64,000 nucleotides of DNA from Azolla caroliniana. Taxonomy: Eukaryota > Plantae > Polypodiophyta. Shown one piece after another: positions 23,853 to 38,200 of this stretch. The notes below the pieces were generated by a model, which was not told where the DNA came from, made no database searches, and worked only from the letters and a program-made list of their open reading frames with translations. The translations under genes were made by a program, and so were the position numbers. The stretch lies in NCBI GenBank assembly GCA_043228905.1, contig JBHGNT010000007.1, positions 3,224,001 to 3,288,000 of the forward strand. The letters are read 5' to 3'. How positions within the stretch are numbered: the first letter of the stretch is position 1; each line of letters opens with the position of its first letter.

Positions 23853-26800
23853 TCAGAGCGAAGGTGCTGTAGATAAAGCCTGATCTAGATCTGAAATCAA
23901 GTCGTCTACATCCTCAATGCCAGCCTGGAGAACAAAATATTCCACAGCTAAATAGGAAAGACAACCAGGCAATTCTTGGAACAAGAACTGGAATCAGAAA
24001 CAACTTGCTCACCGATAGTCGAATCAAATCTTCAGTTAGACCACGAGCTTCTCTCACACTAGCAGGAATGCTAGAATGCGACATAAAGCATGGTAGACTT
24101 ATTAAAGAATTTACGCTACCTGCAAAACAAATTATAATGAACTGATTCAATGACATTTTATATTCGATTGCACATATATAATTTAATAGCATTATAAAAA
24201 TATGTAGCTATTCACATTGGCTATGGAAAACACAAGGTCCAGAATATGAATACCAAAGCTTACTGTTATGTTGAAAAGTTTTGTGCTCTCCGCGATATGC
24301 TTAGATACTGCCAAGGACCCTGTAGTAAAGCTTAACACAGATCCTGGTCCCTTGGCCTGTAAGCGTAGAAACCAAAAGAAAAAACTATTTTATTGTTGTT
24401 AACAATCTCAATTTCTCTCTTTCATTTCAGTCGGGAGAATTTGTGTATTTCTGCATACCTGTGAGAAGTGAAGATCCCTTCCAGGATGGCCTAGTAACCC
24501 AGCATAATTGACTTTCTTCACCCGAGGATGAGAAGAAAGATATTCTGCAATTTTTTGCGCATTACACTGAAGCAAAGCAATATACTTAGGCTTAAAGGCA
24601 GATGCGTATTAACAGGACAAAATGGCTTATAAATTAGATCACATGTGGAGATTCCTCATCCTTGGAGAGCAAAGAAAGCAATGAGTTAAAGAAAAACAGC
24701 CTAGAGTACATAGTCTCTCTACCCTACAAAACTTTTGGCAGAGGGAAACCTTTTAGAGAAATTATAAACTAGCTTTCATTCAGATACTATTTTAGCTCAT
24801 GCATTGAATTTTCAATGTATCAATAGTCAGCTGCACGCTCAACTCCACAATATTCTTTGTTCCGCGAGAGAAGTAAATTTTCCATACCTGCTGCTTCTCA
24901 ACTCGGAGGGCCATCGTCTTTATGCCTCGTAAACAGAGCCAACAATCAAACGGTGCCAAGCCTGTTCCTTCTGCATTTTGTAGAAAGTATACCTCTTTTC
25001 CCAAACTGTCAAAATCACATCGAAAGAACATCACATGGGGGGGAAATGAATTGATAACTAGACATCAAGTGAATGAGCTTCCTTTATTACTCACCATAAC
25101 TCAATCAAGACTAATGTAGCCTGAATAATAATAAAAAGACAATTGTCAATATCTCTAACCTCTCACCCTTGACTGCAAGAACTCCTGCCATCACATCACT
25201 GTGTCCTGAGATGAATTTGGTGGCCGAATGCATGACAATATCTAAGAATAGACATTATACCGATCTTCTGATGTCAGACAGCGTAGAGAAAACCTCAATC
25301 ACAATTTTAATGTTAGAAGAAACAGCTCACCTGCCCCAAGATCTAGGGGCTTGGAAAGCACTGGGGACATAATGCTATTGTCCACCATTACCAATGCACC
25401 ATGTTTGTGAGCAATTTTTGATATCTCCTGAAGAAAAACAAAGAGATACCATATGTATGCCTCCACAAATGCAAATGCTATTTTAAGAGAGATTTTCTTC
25501 AAACATATTGGAATGATGAGACTTCCTTTAAGCCAATGCATTTAATTGATAAGTTCAGGAGGAAAATGTCAAAGAGCTTTATCTTTTGACTAGATTGGTT
25601 ATATCCCTCATTCAAACAATTGCAAATTGCATCGTGCCATCTTACATTACAAACCTGTGAAAGTGCTCATCTTTCATTTGAGAAAAAAACTTTCATATCT
25701 TGACGCCTACCTACATTAAAATATAATCAACTAGCCTATCTTTTTCAGCAACGGTACATTGCGCTTTCAAACTACAAGTTCTATTCAGGGATGGATTCTT
25801 TGCCAATTCGACCAAGGGTTATGGAAGAAACCTTGGAGAAACTCTAAAGACTCATGAAATGAAAGGTATGATTGGTTGCAAAAATAAGAAACGAAAATCA
25901 CACAGGCAGATGGAGAAAACGGAATATTAAGCCTGATGACAACAGTGAAATGAACAAATATACAAAAGACCATGCACAACACAACCTTATCAGCAAGGAG
26001 TATCATAGTTCTGACAAAAACCTCAAAGTAATGAAAATGACTTATATCGTATATTACTCTCAGGCTCACATCATTTTTATTATGACTCAACAGAAAGCCA
26101 ATATTTGGAAAAGAAGAGACAAGATTGGTATATTGACACACATTATAGTAGAACCTCTCAAGCCTTCATTAGAATAAGATGAGAAGTTAAAGACACAGAA
26201 AGCAAAGAATTCAGGTGCCATATGGGGGGGTAAACAGGTCACTTTTGACCCCGAAAGATGACAACATGATTCATCTGCCTTTCTTTATGTTATAATTAAT
26301 GATGACGGCTACTTATCTTCAAGAACAGCTTTGTTATGACTTACTTTAATGTCAGTTATCATTTGGCGTGGATTGGTAGGACTCTCAAGCCAAACTATCT
26401 TTGTTTTAGGACCAATGGCAGATTCAATTTCTTGCAAATTTGTAGTATCCACTCGTCTACAATAAAAAACAATAGTTCATAAGGAGAATTCTATTGTAAC
26501 TTCATTTACACGAAGAATTAACATAGCTTTTCCTTTTCGAGAGTAGACCACAAATTATTCATAAATGGTATAAATACTAGCATCCTGAATGGCCATCACT
26601 GCAATCAAATCCTATGCAAACTGATGTCTTGTAGATAGTACAAATGCTATTAAAACACCATTTGAATCAGTCCTTAGGGATCAACACTATTATAACACTG
26701 TAAGTGCATGAAACATATGCTCCTAAATATATATTTACATGTATATATATGTGTATTATATATGTGTGTAAATGTATGTATGATGTCATAATTATAGAAC

Positions 26801-29131
26801 TGCAGCAAAACTTATATGAATCATAGATGCAGGGCATACTTACTTTACAACTAAACCTGCCCTAGGTGCTATCTGAGAAAGTAGTCTGTCTGAACCTCCA
26901 TAAATGTCATCACCCACAACTATCTCCTCTCCTGCAAAATTATTTTGCTACAACACGCAATCAAATTTTCTTATCCAGCAGGGGGGGGAGGAGACAATCC
27001 AATCCTAGAAACCTTTACCTGCCCTTGCAAGATGAGTAACTGTGGACAGTGCAGCCATGCCACTACTGAAACAGAACGCTCTGTCTGCACCTTCTAACTT
27101 TGCTAATAACCTGCGTACAAACATATCTTTAGAGTTGAAAAATTTTCTATGCATAAAAATGGGAAAATTGTTATACATTAGTATTTCAATTTGTTTGTTC
27201 TCCAAACTACTTCACAAAAAAGTTACTCCTTGCTCCCATGGATACGAGTTTAGCAAATTAATTAAGTAAATCTCTCTTGCCTCTCTTAATCAATTTACTG
27301 ACGTCTTTTCCATGAAATTAAAGAATAACATTTTGACCAAACATAACTATCATCAGGAAGTAAACAAGCATATTTTTTGGAATTCTCTTGCATACAAGCA
27401 TGTTTACGCAATTTTTCCAAAATAAATATAGAATGCTTACGTCTCAAGTGCAGTTCTGGTTGGATTCCCGCTTCTTGTGTAATCATAACTTCCATACTCA
27501 GTTGCCGAGGGCTGAATGTGGACAGATAAAATAACTTCTATAAATTTCTGACAATTCTCATATCCACATTTTTGTTTATTGAACTATTTTAAAGAAGGCT
27601 TTAAGCATGCTTTCACCTGCTTGAATGTTGCAGTTTGATAAAGAGGAGTACTGAGAGCATTGTAAGGGTCAAATGTGTTCGAAAAATTTAATATTGTAGT
27701 GGATACACCAAAATCTTGAGATCCTAAAAATCAATCCATTTAATGGCCAAATAATATCATGAGCCCACTGTTAACTGAAGAATGAAACAACTAACATTAG
27801 AGACCCAAAAAGAGTAGGCACATCCATTACTCAGACAAAAGAAACTCTTGGAGCTGAAACCCTATATCTTTTCTACCAATCAGATCCCTCCAACTCCATT
27901 CTAATTTACCAAATGTATCTTGTATGTAACAGATTTTATAATAATCACCAGTATATAGAGAAAGAATCAGAATGAACGGTACATTGAGGATGCACATTAC
28001 ATATAGATGATAATCTGCACGCAGTAATCCTGTATCCTTGTACTTGTCTAGACTATGCGAGTTTGACATGTCACTGTGAGAGTCAGATTCTCTAAACTCC
28101 ATGATTTGAACATAGGTGAAATTCCAATTCAAATAGTATCTAATGTCCACTGATCATTTTTTTCCAAGTCTTGTAGGCAAAGTTCATACACTGAGATGAT
28201 GATTTGCAAATAGTAATTGTGTATCCTCGTTGCTCCCCCTAGACTTTGATCAGCATCACCTTCTCTATTTTACATCATCTGCCCATAGATGATAGGACTG
28301 CTATAATTCCACCTCAGCAATCATCGTTTTTACCTTAATTCATACATCATGGGTTCCTACATCAGTGACATCATACATATTCTTGTATATTTCTCTGCTA
28401 GTTATTGTTCGCATGACATCTTTCTTGTTGCATTCTATGTGTACACATTTTAGTGAGAATTGTTGAAGAAAATTTCACTCCTTTCATAAATCTAAGTTGC
28501 AAGGTTTTAACAACGAAAGGCTTACCTTTCTACAAGTGGTAGAATGGTGTGCCATGCATAAATGATCTCCTCCCTTGATTGTACAGGAAAAATCTCAATC
28601 TTTCAATTTTAAGCATAAAGTTTGCTATTAACTCCTTGCAAGATAATCTCTCCTTCTATTTTACTCATCACCATGATTATGCTTCACTTTTGTGGGATAA
28701 CAATGGATGTAAAATCATCTTTCCTTTCACTTACCATCACTGTTTACTTTCTCTTTGAGTTAAAATTTAAAAGAAACAAGTTTTTTTCTCGAGAGTAACA
28801 TTGTCTTTCCTCACGGCAGCCATGATGAAGATTTGCTTCACCTGGTTTCTTCATTGATCAATCAAGCTATGACTAAAATACATATGTTGAAAACCTTCGC
28901 CACTGAAATGCTTTTAGAAATACCCTCACTCTAAAATACATCAATCAAAGCTCTTTCACTAAAATGGATCGATCGAATCTCTCTCACGCAATATGCATAT
29001 ACCAAATATCTCTCTCTTGAGTGCACCTTCTAAAGAATCCTTCTCTCTCTCCATGCAAAATGCATGGGGGGAACTTGCCACTGATCCAGAAGATGAGTCC
29101 TTGTAAAGAGAATTACTATCTGTCACTATCT

Positions 29132-29171
<40 letters not shown>

Positions 29172-29499
29172 AAATGGAAATTTCAAAACTCGCTCTCTTA
29201 ATGCATCTATCAAAGCCCTCTTTCTCTTTGCATTAAAAAATGCATGGGTGGGGTGGGGGGAGCTTACTGTTCGTCCCCGAAGATGAATCCTCAGGAAAAG
29301 AATTAGTATCCATGTGAGAGGAAAGAATGTCAGGAGAAGCCTTTAGTGAGCAGCTAAGTTGCAGAAATCTCCTGATTCCCCTCCTTTGGCCGCAGCTGCT
29401 CTTCAGTGCGAGGTCCCACGGCCGATTGATGTCGATGGAGCTGGGATGCTGTGCAGCACGGAAAGGATTTTGGACCTGCACTGCCATAATTCCGCTCAT
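23853..29499 (-). CDS. CBL: Cystathionine beta-lyase, plastid-targeted (Cys/Met metabolism PLP enzyme), ~13 exons
   Basis: Transit-peptide-like exon 1 ([10 protein letters not shown]...); [19 protein letters not shown]; [11 protein letters not shown]; FSSGMAAL; [10 protein letters not shown]; [15 protein letters not shown]; [10 protein letters not shown]; PLP-lysine motif [17 protein letters not shown]; [19 protein letters not shown]; [15 protein letters not shown]; LIRLS|[13 protein letters not shown]...*. The start could be 29499 or 29487. Confidence 0.95.
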
Positions 29500-29633
29500 G
29501 AATGTCGAAATGATGGGAGTGTGTGTGTACAGTGTCTCTCTGAGTGTCTGTGACTCTTGTAAGCAGGAGGAGGCCTATAAAGCATTTGGGTGGGGTCCAA
29601 GTTACAAGGCCATAGAAGAAGAATGCCTGCATG

Positions 29634-29880
29634 TAGGAATCGGCTCAAACCTTTAAACCGTTTTTTAAACAATTTGGCGGTTCGGTTTATGCTTGAGCTT
29701 CCTTAACCGGTTTGAGCTCGGTTTGGGATCGCTCAAGACGAACTGAACCGATTTCCGGTTGCCAAGCCGGTTAAGGATTAATCGGCTTGGCTAAACCGGA
29801 TTAGGAACCAATTCGTTTTAGGTTTGGAAACTCCCAAACCGGTTGAGCTGAAACCAAACCATTGCCGATTGCAACTTGCA
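29634..29880. repeat. AACCG/CGGTT-rich element, possibly a MITE or DNA-transposon remnant, in the CBL promoter
   Basis: Dense AACCG/CGGTT motifs on both strands (e.g. AACCGGTT, GGTTCGGTTT, AACCGGAT) in an otherwise AT-rich background. No TSD was identified. Confidence 0.35.
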
Positions 29881-30789
29881 TGTATGTATAGATATATATA
29901 TGTTCGTGCAAGGGCTAGGGACATGGTACATTATAACTAGGACATACATGCATGTATACATACATATGCTCATGCAAGGGCTTGGGACCTAGGATAAACA
30001 TGCATAATAGAGAGACCATGTGCCTGGACAACGCATACAAGAAGAAGTGGACATGGATGCGGACATGCAACAAGGGTCACTCTCAAATGCAACATTTAAG
30101 ATTCAAGATCTCTCAATTATTAACAACACTCCCCAATCATTTTCAGGGGGTGTGAACCAAGACTTGAACAAGGCATTGGGGGCGTAGGGACAATATTCAT
30201 ATCTTAAATTAAAGAGGACCCGCATTAAAGATTCAACATCTAAATTATTCTTGCTTCCCCCTATTTATGGCTTGACATGTGGCACAATATAATAATATAA
30301 CCATATTGATGGTTGATGGTATTTGTCGTCTAAAGAGTGTTCAAGACTAGAGAATGTAATTATATGCATCAAAATATAATAAGCAAAATGTGTGTTTGTG
30401 TGATAAGTAAATTTTATCATCCTCCCTGTATGTCAAATATGACCTATGAGACCAAAAATGAATCATTTTTACATAATGTGGAATTGATTAATGACTCTCA
30501 ATGTTCAATAATTTTACTAATAAATGTTGCAATCGAAAATGCTAATTGTGAATGTGAGAGAACGTGTGTAGGGAGTGGACTGAATTGACAATGTCTGGAA
30601 ATTGAATTAGAGTATGGTTAGATGCAAGGCATCGACAATCATATCAAAGTGTGATATGTACTCTAACCCTTGCACTTGTTTAAGGCAAAGTATGCATTGT
30701 CAATAAGTCTCTTGGCACATGCCCAAAATGCATTGTCTCATTTCAAATACAATGTGAGGTAAATCATATGAAAGCAATGACGCATATGG

Positions 30790-31200
30790 TGGAAAACATG
30801 ATAGATTCTACTAGCATGTATCGATGACTGTAGTTTCCCAATTCAGTCGTATTGAAGCAATGGCAAACGGTGGACAAAGGAAAGGGATGGACTCGACTAG
30901 CATCTATCGATGAGTGTAGTTTCCTAGTTGAAAGAAGAAAAATGTTTTGAAGTTTGATGCAACATTTGTAATATAATGTGTGAGAAAAGATAGACTCAAC
31001 AAACATGTATTGATGAGTGTAGTTTCCTTGTTCAAATAAGTAAAAATGGTTATGAAGTTTGGCACAACATTTGTAATATAATGCGTGAGAAAAGATAGAC
31101 TCAACAAACATGTATTGATGAGTGTAGTTTCCTTGTTCAAATAAGTAAAAATGGTTATGAAGTTTGGCACAACATTTGTAATATAACGTGTGAAACATGA
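30790..31200. repeat. Tandem repeat, ~102-bp unit, 2 near-identical plus degenerate copies
   Basis: GATGAGTGTAGTTTCC...ACAACATTTGTAATATAA recurs. The repeated peptide YYKCCAKLHNHFYLFEQGNYTHQYMFVESIFSH in ORF 30764-31303 reflects this. Confidence 0.85.
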
Positions 31201-31959
31201 CCTCCATGTCTTTCCCAAATTGTGATACATTGGCATTGCAAAAAAAAACGCATTCATAGAGTAATCTATCAACACAACATGAAGCATATAGGATGCAAAC
31301 CATTTCTTTGTATCTTTTTGCTTACATCCATCCAAAATTCAAATATATTTTTTGTACTTCATTTGAATCATTTAACTTGGTTCCAATTAAATCTTAGGAA
31401 TTCATAAGAGAGTACACGTAACACAAGATTCACTCGTGTAATGATTTGAGTGAAATGGGGAGAAGATGATACAATGAAGTCAATTTTAATATTAAGAGCA
31501 AATAAAATATAAATCAAGGATAACCAACACTTCATATAAGAGAGGGTTGCTTGGTTTATAAACAACTTCTAGCAAGAATGGACGTAATTTAGGTGGACAT
31601 AATTTAGGATCAATCTAATAATGGCGGGAGGGCAAGTGGGAGATCTAAAATATCCACTTAGTCCAATGTAAAGGCATCTCAATATTACACTGAAGAGTTG
31701 ACATAATGTAGGTTTGCTCAAAATAAGTTTAGATTATCAATCATCATTGATTACATTAATCTCCCACACACAGTCTTACTTATCGGTCTCTAAAATTGGG
31801 AGATTGGTCATGATTTTATAGACGCGGGCGAGGGGATGATACCATGACTATGTGAGCACCCACTTTGTATGAATTTCCAATATTCAATGTTTATTCAATT
31901 GAATAAGTCCTTTTCATATCATTCACTAATTTATTCTATTATTTGATATCATCATTCTT

Positions 31960-32275
31960 GATGAGGCTAACTATAATCTTTTGTTCTTGTTTCTAATATT
32001 ACATAATTAGTTCACTTTCTCATATAACAAGTCCCTTTAATTTTATAGGTGGCCAATTACATGCTCAACTAGTTCAATAGCCCAATGGACAACCAACAAC
32101 TAATTACTTCCTCAGTGTCAATATATGAGGCTAACTATGATCTTTTGTCCTTGTTTCTAATATTATATAATTAGTTCACTTTCTCATATAACGCGTCCCT
32201 TTGATGTTATAGGTGGCCCGTTACATTCTCGACTAGTTTGCAATAGTCCAATGGACAACCAACAACTAATTACCC
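31960..32275. repeat. Tandem duplication (~165 bp)
   Basis: ATGAGGCTAACTAT...AATGGACAACCAACAACTAATTAC occurs twice (~31961 and ~32125). Confidence 0.8.
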
Positions 32276-32721
32276 CATTACAATTAATAGCCTTGTACGT
32301 GGAACGAAACATGCCTTCTTAGTTATTTGATCCATCATTGACAAAAACAACATTTGTGGATGATGTCGAGGCACATTAGATAGACAACATACATCACAAA
32401 AAAAATAAAATTACTTCAATGAACTTACATGCTTGGTTGAAGGGAGTACTAATGTGACAATTTTCTTTATTGGAACAAGTGGAAATTCTTTCCTCGATGG
32501 AGTGTTTATCTTGCCTATTGGCAATTCAACATGTTCCCCTACCCGTGTAGCGTAGTTAGTGGGTAATTATTTCCTTAGCGGAGTGTTTGTCTTGCCTATA
32601 TGACAATTCAACATGTTCCACTACCCATGTTCCATTGTCACACCCATTGTAAGTAGTGTTTTTTACACACATTTATTAATATAATTGTGTGTTCTCATCG
32701 GGAAAGAGAGAGAGAGAGAGG

Positions 32722-32919
32722 GCCTAGATGGATGTAACTTAGTTGGTAAGGTTGCCCAATGGAGACTAGGTGGTCATGGGTTCAACCCCTACATTCCACA
32801 GTGGCATCTAGTAAAACAAGAGATATCTACGAAGTAATAGAGAGGCGAGAAATTTGGAGTTCAAAACCAAGATGTAGTGTTAGTAGTGTAGACAACTTAC
32901 CATTAGGGTAAGTTAATTA
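32722..32919. mobile_element. tRNA-derived SINE-like repeat with two convergent Pol III heads, copy 2
   Basis: Colinear with 6687-6890 (AGATGGATGTA.CT.AGTTGGTAAGGTTGCCCAATGGAGAC.AGGTGGTCATGGGTTCAACCCCTACATTCCACA...CAACTTACCA.TAGGGTAA). Flanked on both sides by (GA)n. Confidence 0.7.
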
Positions 32920-34669
32920 TAGGAGAGAGAGAGAGACGATTCACAAAATATATTAACTGAAATGGGAGAAGATTATACAACGAAGCTCCAATTAATTAAT
33001 ATTAAGGGCAAATAAATTGTAAATTAAGGACAATTAACACTTTATCTAAGAACGGGATTGGTTTATGCAGGAATTTTATGGGAGCACACATAAAAGTTTT
33101 ATCGATATAATGAAGTTGCTCAAGTGGGAGGTATGTCTAAAATATCCAAATTATTTAAGGCAAAAGGCATTCGTCATTCAAAAAGTCAATGGTAGACTTT
33201 AACATAATGACACACACGAGTGCCCTAAGGAGTGTGTGGTTGAGCTTGTTATCTTTGACAATAACAATGCATATGCTTTTAGGTCTATCAATTGTATGCT
33301 TTTTCTTTCTCTTATTTATAATGAATGAATTGATATATTTACATGTTTTTCAAGTAAGAGCTTGTCGTCATGCATTGAGAGACAGAAGATGACGAGCCAT
33401 TTTTTTTAGATGGTTTGTAGGTCGATTGGTCAAACATTATCTTTATTTGTTTCACTTTCGCGTTGTATGTTCCATGGGAGAGAATCATCAGTGGACTTTC
33501 AAAATAGCTTTTCATATAATACCACGAAAAGGATCTAGAGAGTGCATGGAAAAACTTTGAATACCCAAACGAATACCAAACAACAATAGCACGACTTCAT
33601 GAGCAAGTGTGAAGTGTGATAAAACACATGATGGGTTCAACAAAGAGTTTAATATAAATCTTTAGTGGAGTGAACTATTCACGCATATTAAGGATGCCTC
33701 TACTTCTCAGCGTAATGGAATAACATTAATGCTCTAAAAAAGCAATTCTTTCTATTGTACATGAAACCGTTATTCAAATGATATTAATCTCCATTGATTG
33801 TTGTACCCCATTATAATGTGTTATGCATGTAACTTGTTTTGATAGAGCAATTATCTTTAAGAATATGACATATGTAAATTTTTATATTTGATTCGTCTTA
33901 AATGATGTGATGAGCATCTATTCGCACAAACTTATGAAAATCACAAATCCAATCATGGTTTTGGGGATTTAAAGATGGTAGGGAATACTTTTCTAGGGGA
34001 TGAGCGACTTAATTGGAATGTTGTATATTGAAATACAATCATTGTTGTTTATGAAGCATCACAATTTGCATTGTGACAATGCCATGTATTCATACAAAGT
34101 CTTTATTGTATCCATTGTCCAATACAAAATTGGTCCCACTCCCAACCATCCCTACATTTGCACAAACTATACACCTTACAACCCAAACAAATTTAATGAA
34201 TGGAAATTTTCGCATTCACAAATATAGGAGAATGAATTTGATTAAAGAGAGCTCATCGAAGAAGATACACACGAAGGATCTAACTCTAACATTCTCGTCG
34301 GCAATAAACGTTCACGACCCCTATGAGGTATATTCACTTCTCCCCCTTATCCCCAACACTATCTTTGAGAAACCTCATATTTTTCCCAAAGATAGCTCAT
34401 CAAAGAAGTTGGAGAAGAAGATACACACGAAGGATCCAACTCTAACATTCACATTGCCAATAAAAGTTCACGATCCTTATGGGGTATATCCACACTATAT
34501 TTGGGAAACCCTAGGCACATATGGGGAGTGCGGGGTTATGCATTAGTCATAATGTAGAAGCTACAGAGGCGATGGTTCGTTCACTGAAGGGAGGTGTGGG
34601 GTGAAACAAAGCAAGCTTCGGAAGGGCGGGCATTTGGATCAGATGGTGGTTTCATCTTTTTGGAAAGGC

Positions 34670-34880
34670 GTTGTGATCGGGATGAGATAGGCAAATCTAC
34701 GGGCGAGGTTCATCTGTGTACCAAAGAGGGGCCTTGGCATGGGCATTGCGATCGGGACAAGACACGTGAATCTACGGGTGAGGTTCATCTGTGTACCAAA
34801 GACTCAAGAGGAGTCCTGGCATGGGCATTGTGATCGGGACAAGACAGGTGAATCTACGGACGAGGTTAATCTGTGTACCG
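34670..34880. repeat. Three tandem ~76-82-bp repeats upstream of the GDT1-like gene
   Basis: TTG(T/C)GATCGGGA...AATCTACGG..GAGGTT.ATCTGTGTACC starts at ~34671, 34747 and 34828. Confidence 0.8.
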
Positions 34881-35202
34881 AAGAGGAGTCCCGCAGTCGT
34901 GCCCCTCCCAATCAATGCTTCCAGACTCGAGTTTCTTCACTTTTTGTTTAGTTCTTTGATGGAATAACAAAGAAAAGAAAAATCAACAACACAAAGAATC
35001 CAGTATATATATGTATATATTTTTCACCTTGGCAAATAATAACAGTAATAACAATAACAATAATAATAATAATAATAATAATGATAATAATAATGCATCC
35101 TGACAGGAAAGCAAAAAAGGATCTAAAGGCAGAGCAGAGCAGAGCAGATCGACATAGCTGAAGTTTGAACGGGATCTTTGCCTTCCTCTCCTCGATTCCG
35201 CC

Positions 35203-35227
35203 ATGGGTTTCTCTATCTTCGAGGTAC

Positions 35228-35274
<47 letters not shown>

Positions 35275-38200
35275 AATCCCCCTCAAGTGTTTGAATTTAA
35301 GACCGGTTTTTGTGACCTTAGCTCCCCCCGCCTTTCACATTAGGGTTTCATGTCGTGCCTCTTTAAGGACAGAGATCATCCCTCCCGACAGATGAAAATC
35401 TACCTGAAATATGTTCCAATTCCAGAGTAGGAACATGCTATCGAATCCTTCGCAACCTCAAAAATTGAATATTTTGCTTGGGAATACACTCGGACCCCAA
35501 AAACGCGGAAGAACATGATGGTACTCTGGTGTAGTCAAACTATCAATAGACTCAAACTTCCATGGGCATAGTCTCTGGAAAAAGTTGGTCATGGTGAGAA
35601 ACATTTGCTGTAACTAATTAGCATGCCATGTGTCGTTTGTCAGCCAACATTAACCTCAAAAATCACTCTGCCAATTAAGAATGGATCATAACTCACTCAA
35701 CACGAAAAGACCATTTGTGAAACATCATCCTGCCAACTAAGATCGTACTATAACTTACTGGGCTGGAAGAACATCCTTTTTGTATAAATAGTTGGATGGT
35801 TGGCTCACCATCAATATCAACCCGATTACTGGGCTGGAAGAACATCCTTTATGTATAAATAATTGGATGGTTGGAGGTTGGTTCACTATCAAAATCAACC
35901 TGACAAATGACTTCATGAAGAGGTCTTAACATACTCAACACAAAGAGAATCCTTAATATAACTAATCAGCAAACTCGATCTCTTGTTCTTCTTAGCGTAT
36001 TTAACCAGAAAAATCAATCCAACTAAAAATGTGGTATAACTTACTCAACCAAAAGGGATCCTTTACGTAACAAGGTCGAATGTTGAGGTCTATTTGCTAA
36101 TACCAACTAAGATCGAATTATAACTTAGCGTGAAGAGGATGCCTGATACAGCTAGATAGCATGACAATGTCTTGTTCATTAAAAAGAAGGTACCCCAAAA
36201 ATTGAGAATGAACAATAAATTCCTCAATGTCTCGGTTTGATTTTTACTTTAGAGTTTTAGTGAATTATAAATGTCTATCAGTTCATATAAAGTGATCGCT
36301 GCAATAAAACATAGGCACCGATGGGAATCAGGATTTAATCTGTTTTCTTCATTCAAATAATTGCCATCCAGGCATCAAGATATGTCTGGGTTGGATTTTT
36401 TACTTTAGAGTTTTAGTGAATTATAAATGTCTATCTTATTGTTGTCGAAATTCATATAAAGTGATCTCTAGAATAAAGCATAGGCACCGGTGGGAATCAG
36501 GATTTTAATTTGTTTTCTTCACTCTTATAATTGCCATCCAGACATCAAGATATGAAGTAATATGTTGAATTTATATTCATTTGCTAGATTTGTTTTGCAG
36601 GGCTTTATCAAATCGTTGGCTATGACCATTGTTTCAGAGATAGGAGACAAGACCTTTTTCGTTGCGGCAGTATGTGATGTTTTGTAGAAAATGCAATACC
36701 ATCTATGCTTGTATTTTATTTACCGTTGTGTTGCATGGAATATTGCAGCTCATGGCAATGCGACATCCCCGGAGGCTAGTTCTGGGTGGGGCATTTGGAG
36801 CTCTCGCAGTGGGTGATCTTATCTGATTCCAAGAAATTTTTTTGCGTTCTGTAAATAAATTTTCTCTTGTAAAAAGTAGCATGTCACATAATATTTGTTG
36901 TCCAAGCCTCCTAACAGAATCAATCGCAGAAAGATTGAATGTGTTGGTATGTTAGTTTTATGAAATGTGGTTTTTCTGCCAATGATTATCAATTAGATGG
37001 GATATATTTTCACAACAACGTATTTATCTTTAATGTTGTTGGATAAATGTTATGCAACCTTGTAAGTCAGATTGTCCCTATGCTTGCCTGCAATTTTTAT
37101 CATAAATAAAGAGTAAAATGTCTATATTTGGGCAGTTATTGAATTTGCTGATAATGGATTACCTTCCTTAATATGCAACTGTCTGTCACCAAATTTAACT
37201 AACTCTGGCTCAAAAAGAAAACAAAGAAATTCATTCGGTAGTTTCAGAACTTGCATGCGGTTTTGTTATTGCTTTAAGCATGAAATTGCAACATCCATCA
37301 TGGCACATTGTTCCACAAAGCAGTATGAAATCTGTTTTAAGCTTTACCATTGTTTGAAATGAATACAAGATTGTGAACTTCAACTGTCACGCTTAGTGTC
37401 TTGGATGGGCTGCTCTAATAATAGCGATCAGGGAAGGAGTCACTCATTTCCTCTTAATCAAATTTGCAGATTATGACAATTCTTTCAGCTCTATTTGGAT
37501 GGGCTGCCCCTAACTTGGTAATTACTGCTGTTAAAATTTCTCTCTCTCTCTCAAATATATATACAGTATTTGGTAAGTTGTGAACTCAGTATGGCCTCTT
37601 AGGTACATTATCATGCTTTTTTCTTTAAATTTATCACATTTAAAGAAAAAATCTTTGAAATGAGCCAAATTTGCATCAACTGCAGAAGTTTTTGGGAAAG
37701 GAAACTTCTTACGTTGCCTCTTTTACGGTGGTCTTCTGATATTGGAGATGTTTTATTATTGTTATTTTGGGTTACAAAATAACTAGCAACATTACGAGCT
37801 CCTTGGCGACAACTTTAGCTGTAGTGTTTTGATGTGAGGAACATCAGTCAACCTATCCACACCCGAAGACTTATTTACAGATGTATAAATCCTAACAAAC
37901 ATTAGGAGCTCCTTGGTGACAACTTTAGTTGTCGTGTTTTGGAGTGGGGAACATCAGTCAATCTATCCACACCTGAAGACTTATTTATAGTTGTATAAAT
38001 CCTAGTGTAAACCCTAATTTGATATTTTCCTTCCTTATACCCTCTACGAAACCGATAAGTATGCTTGATTTACTGGCGGTTCACACTGTGTGCCATTGAC
38101 AACATGATATTCACCCCCACCAAACCGGCGCATCCTCTGGTCTGCACCCCGCCCAAAATTGACTGTGTCAACAAATTATCCACGATCTCTATGTAGATAG

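Noticed and set aside
30764-31335. 179-aa and 143-aa ORFs with repeated Cys/His motifs
   Set aside because: Products of a 102-bp tandem repeat, with no splice signals or recognisable domain.
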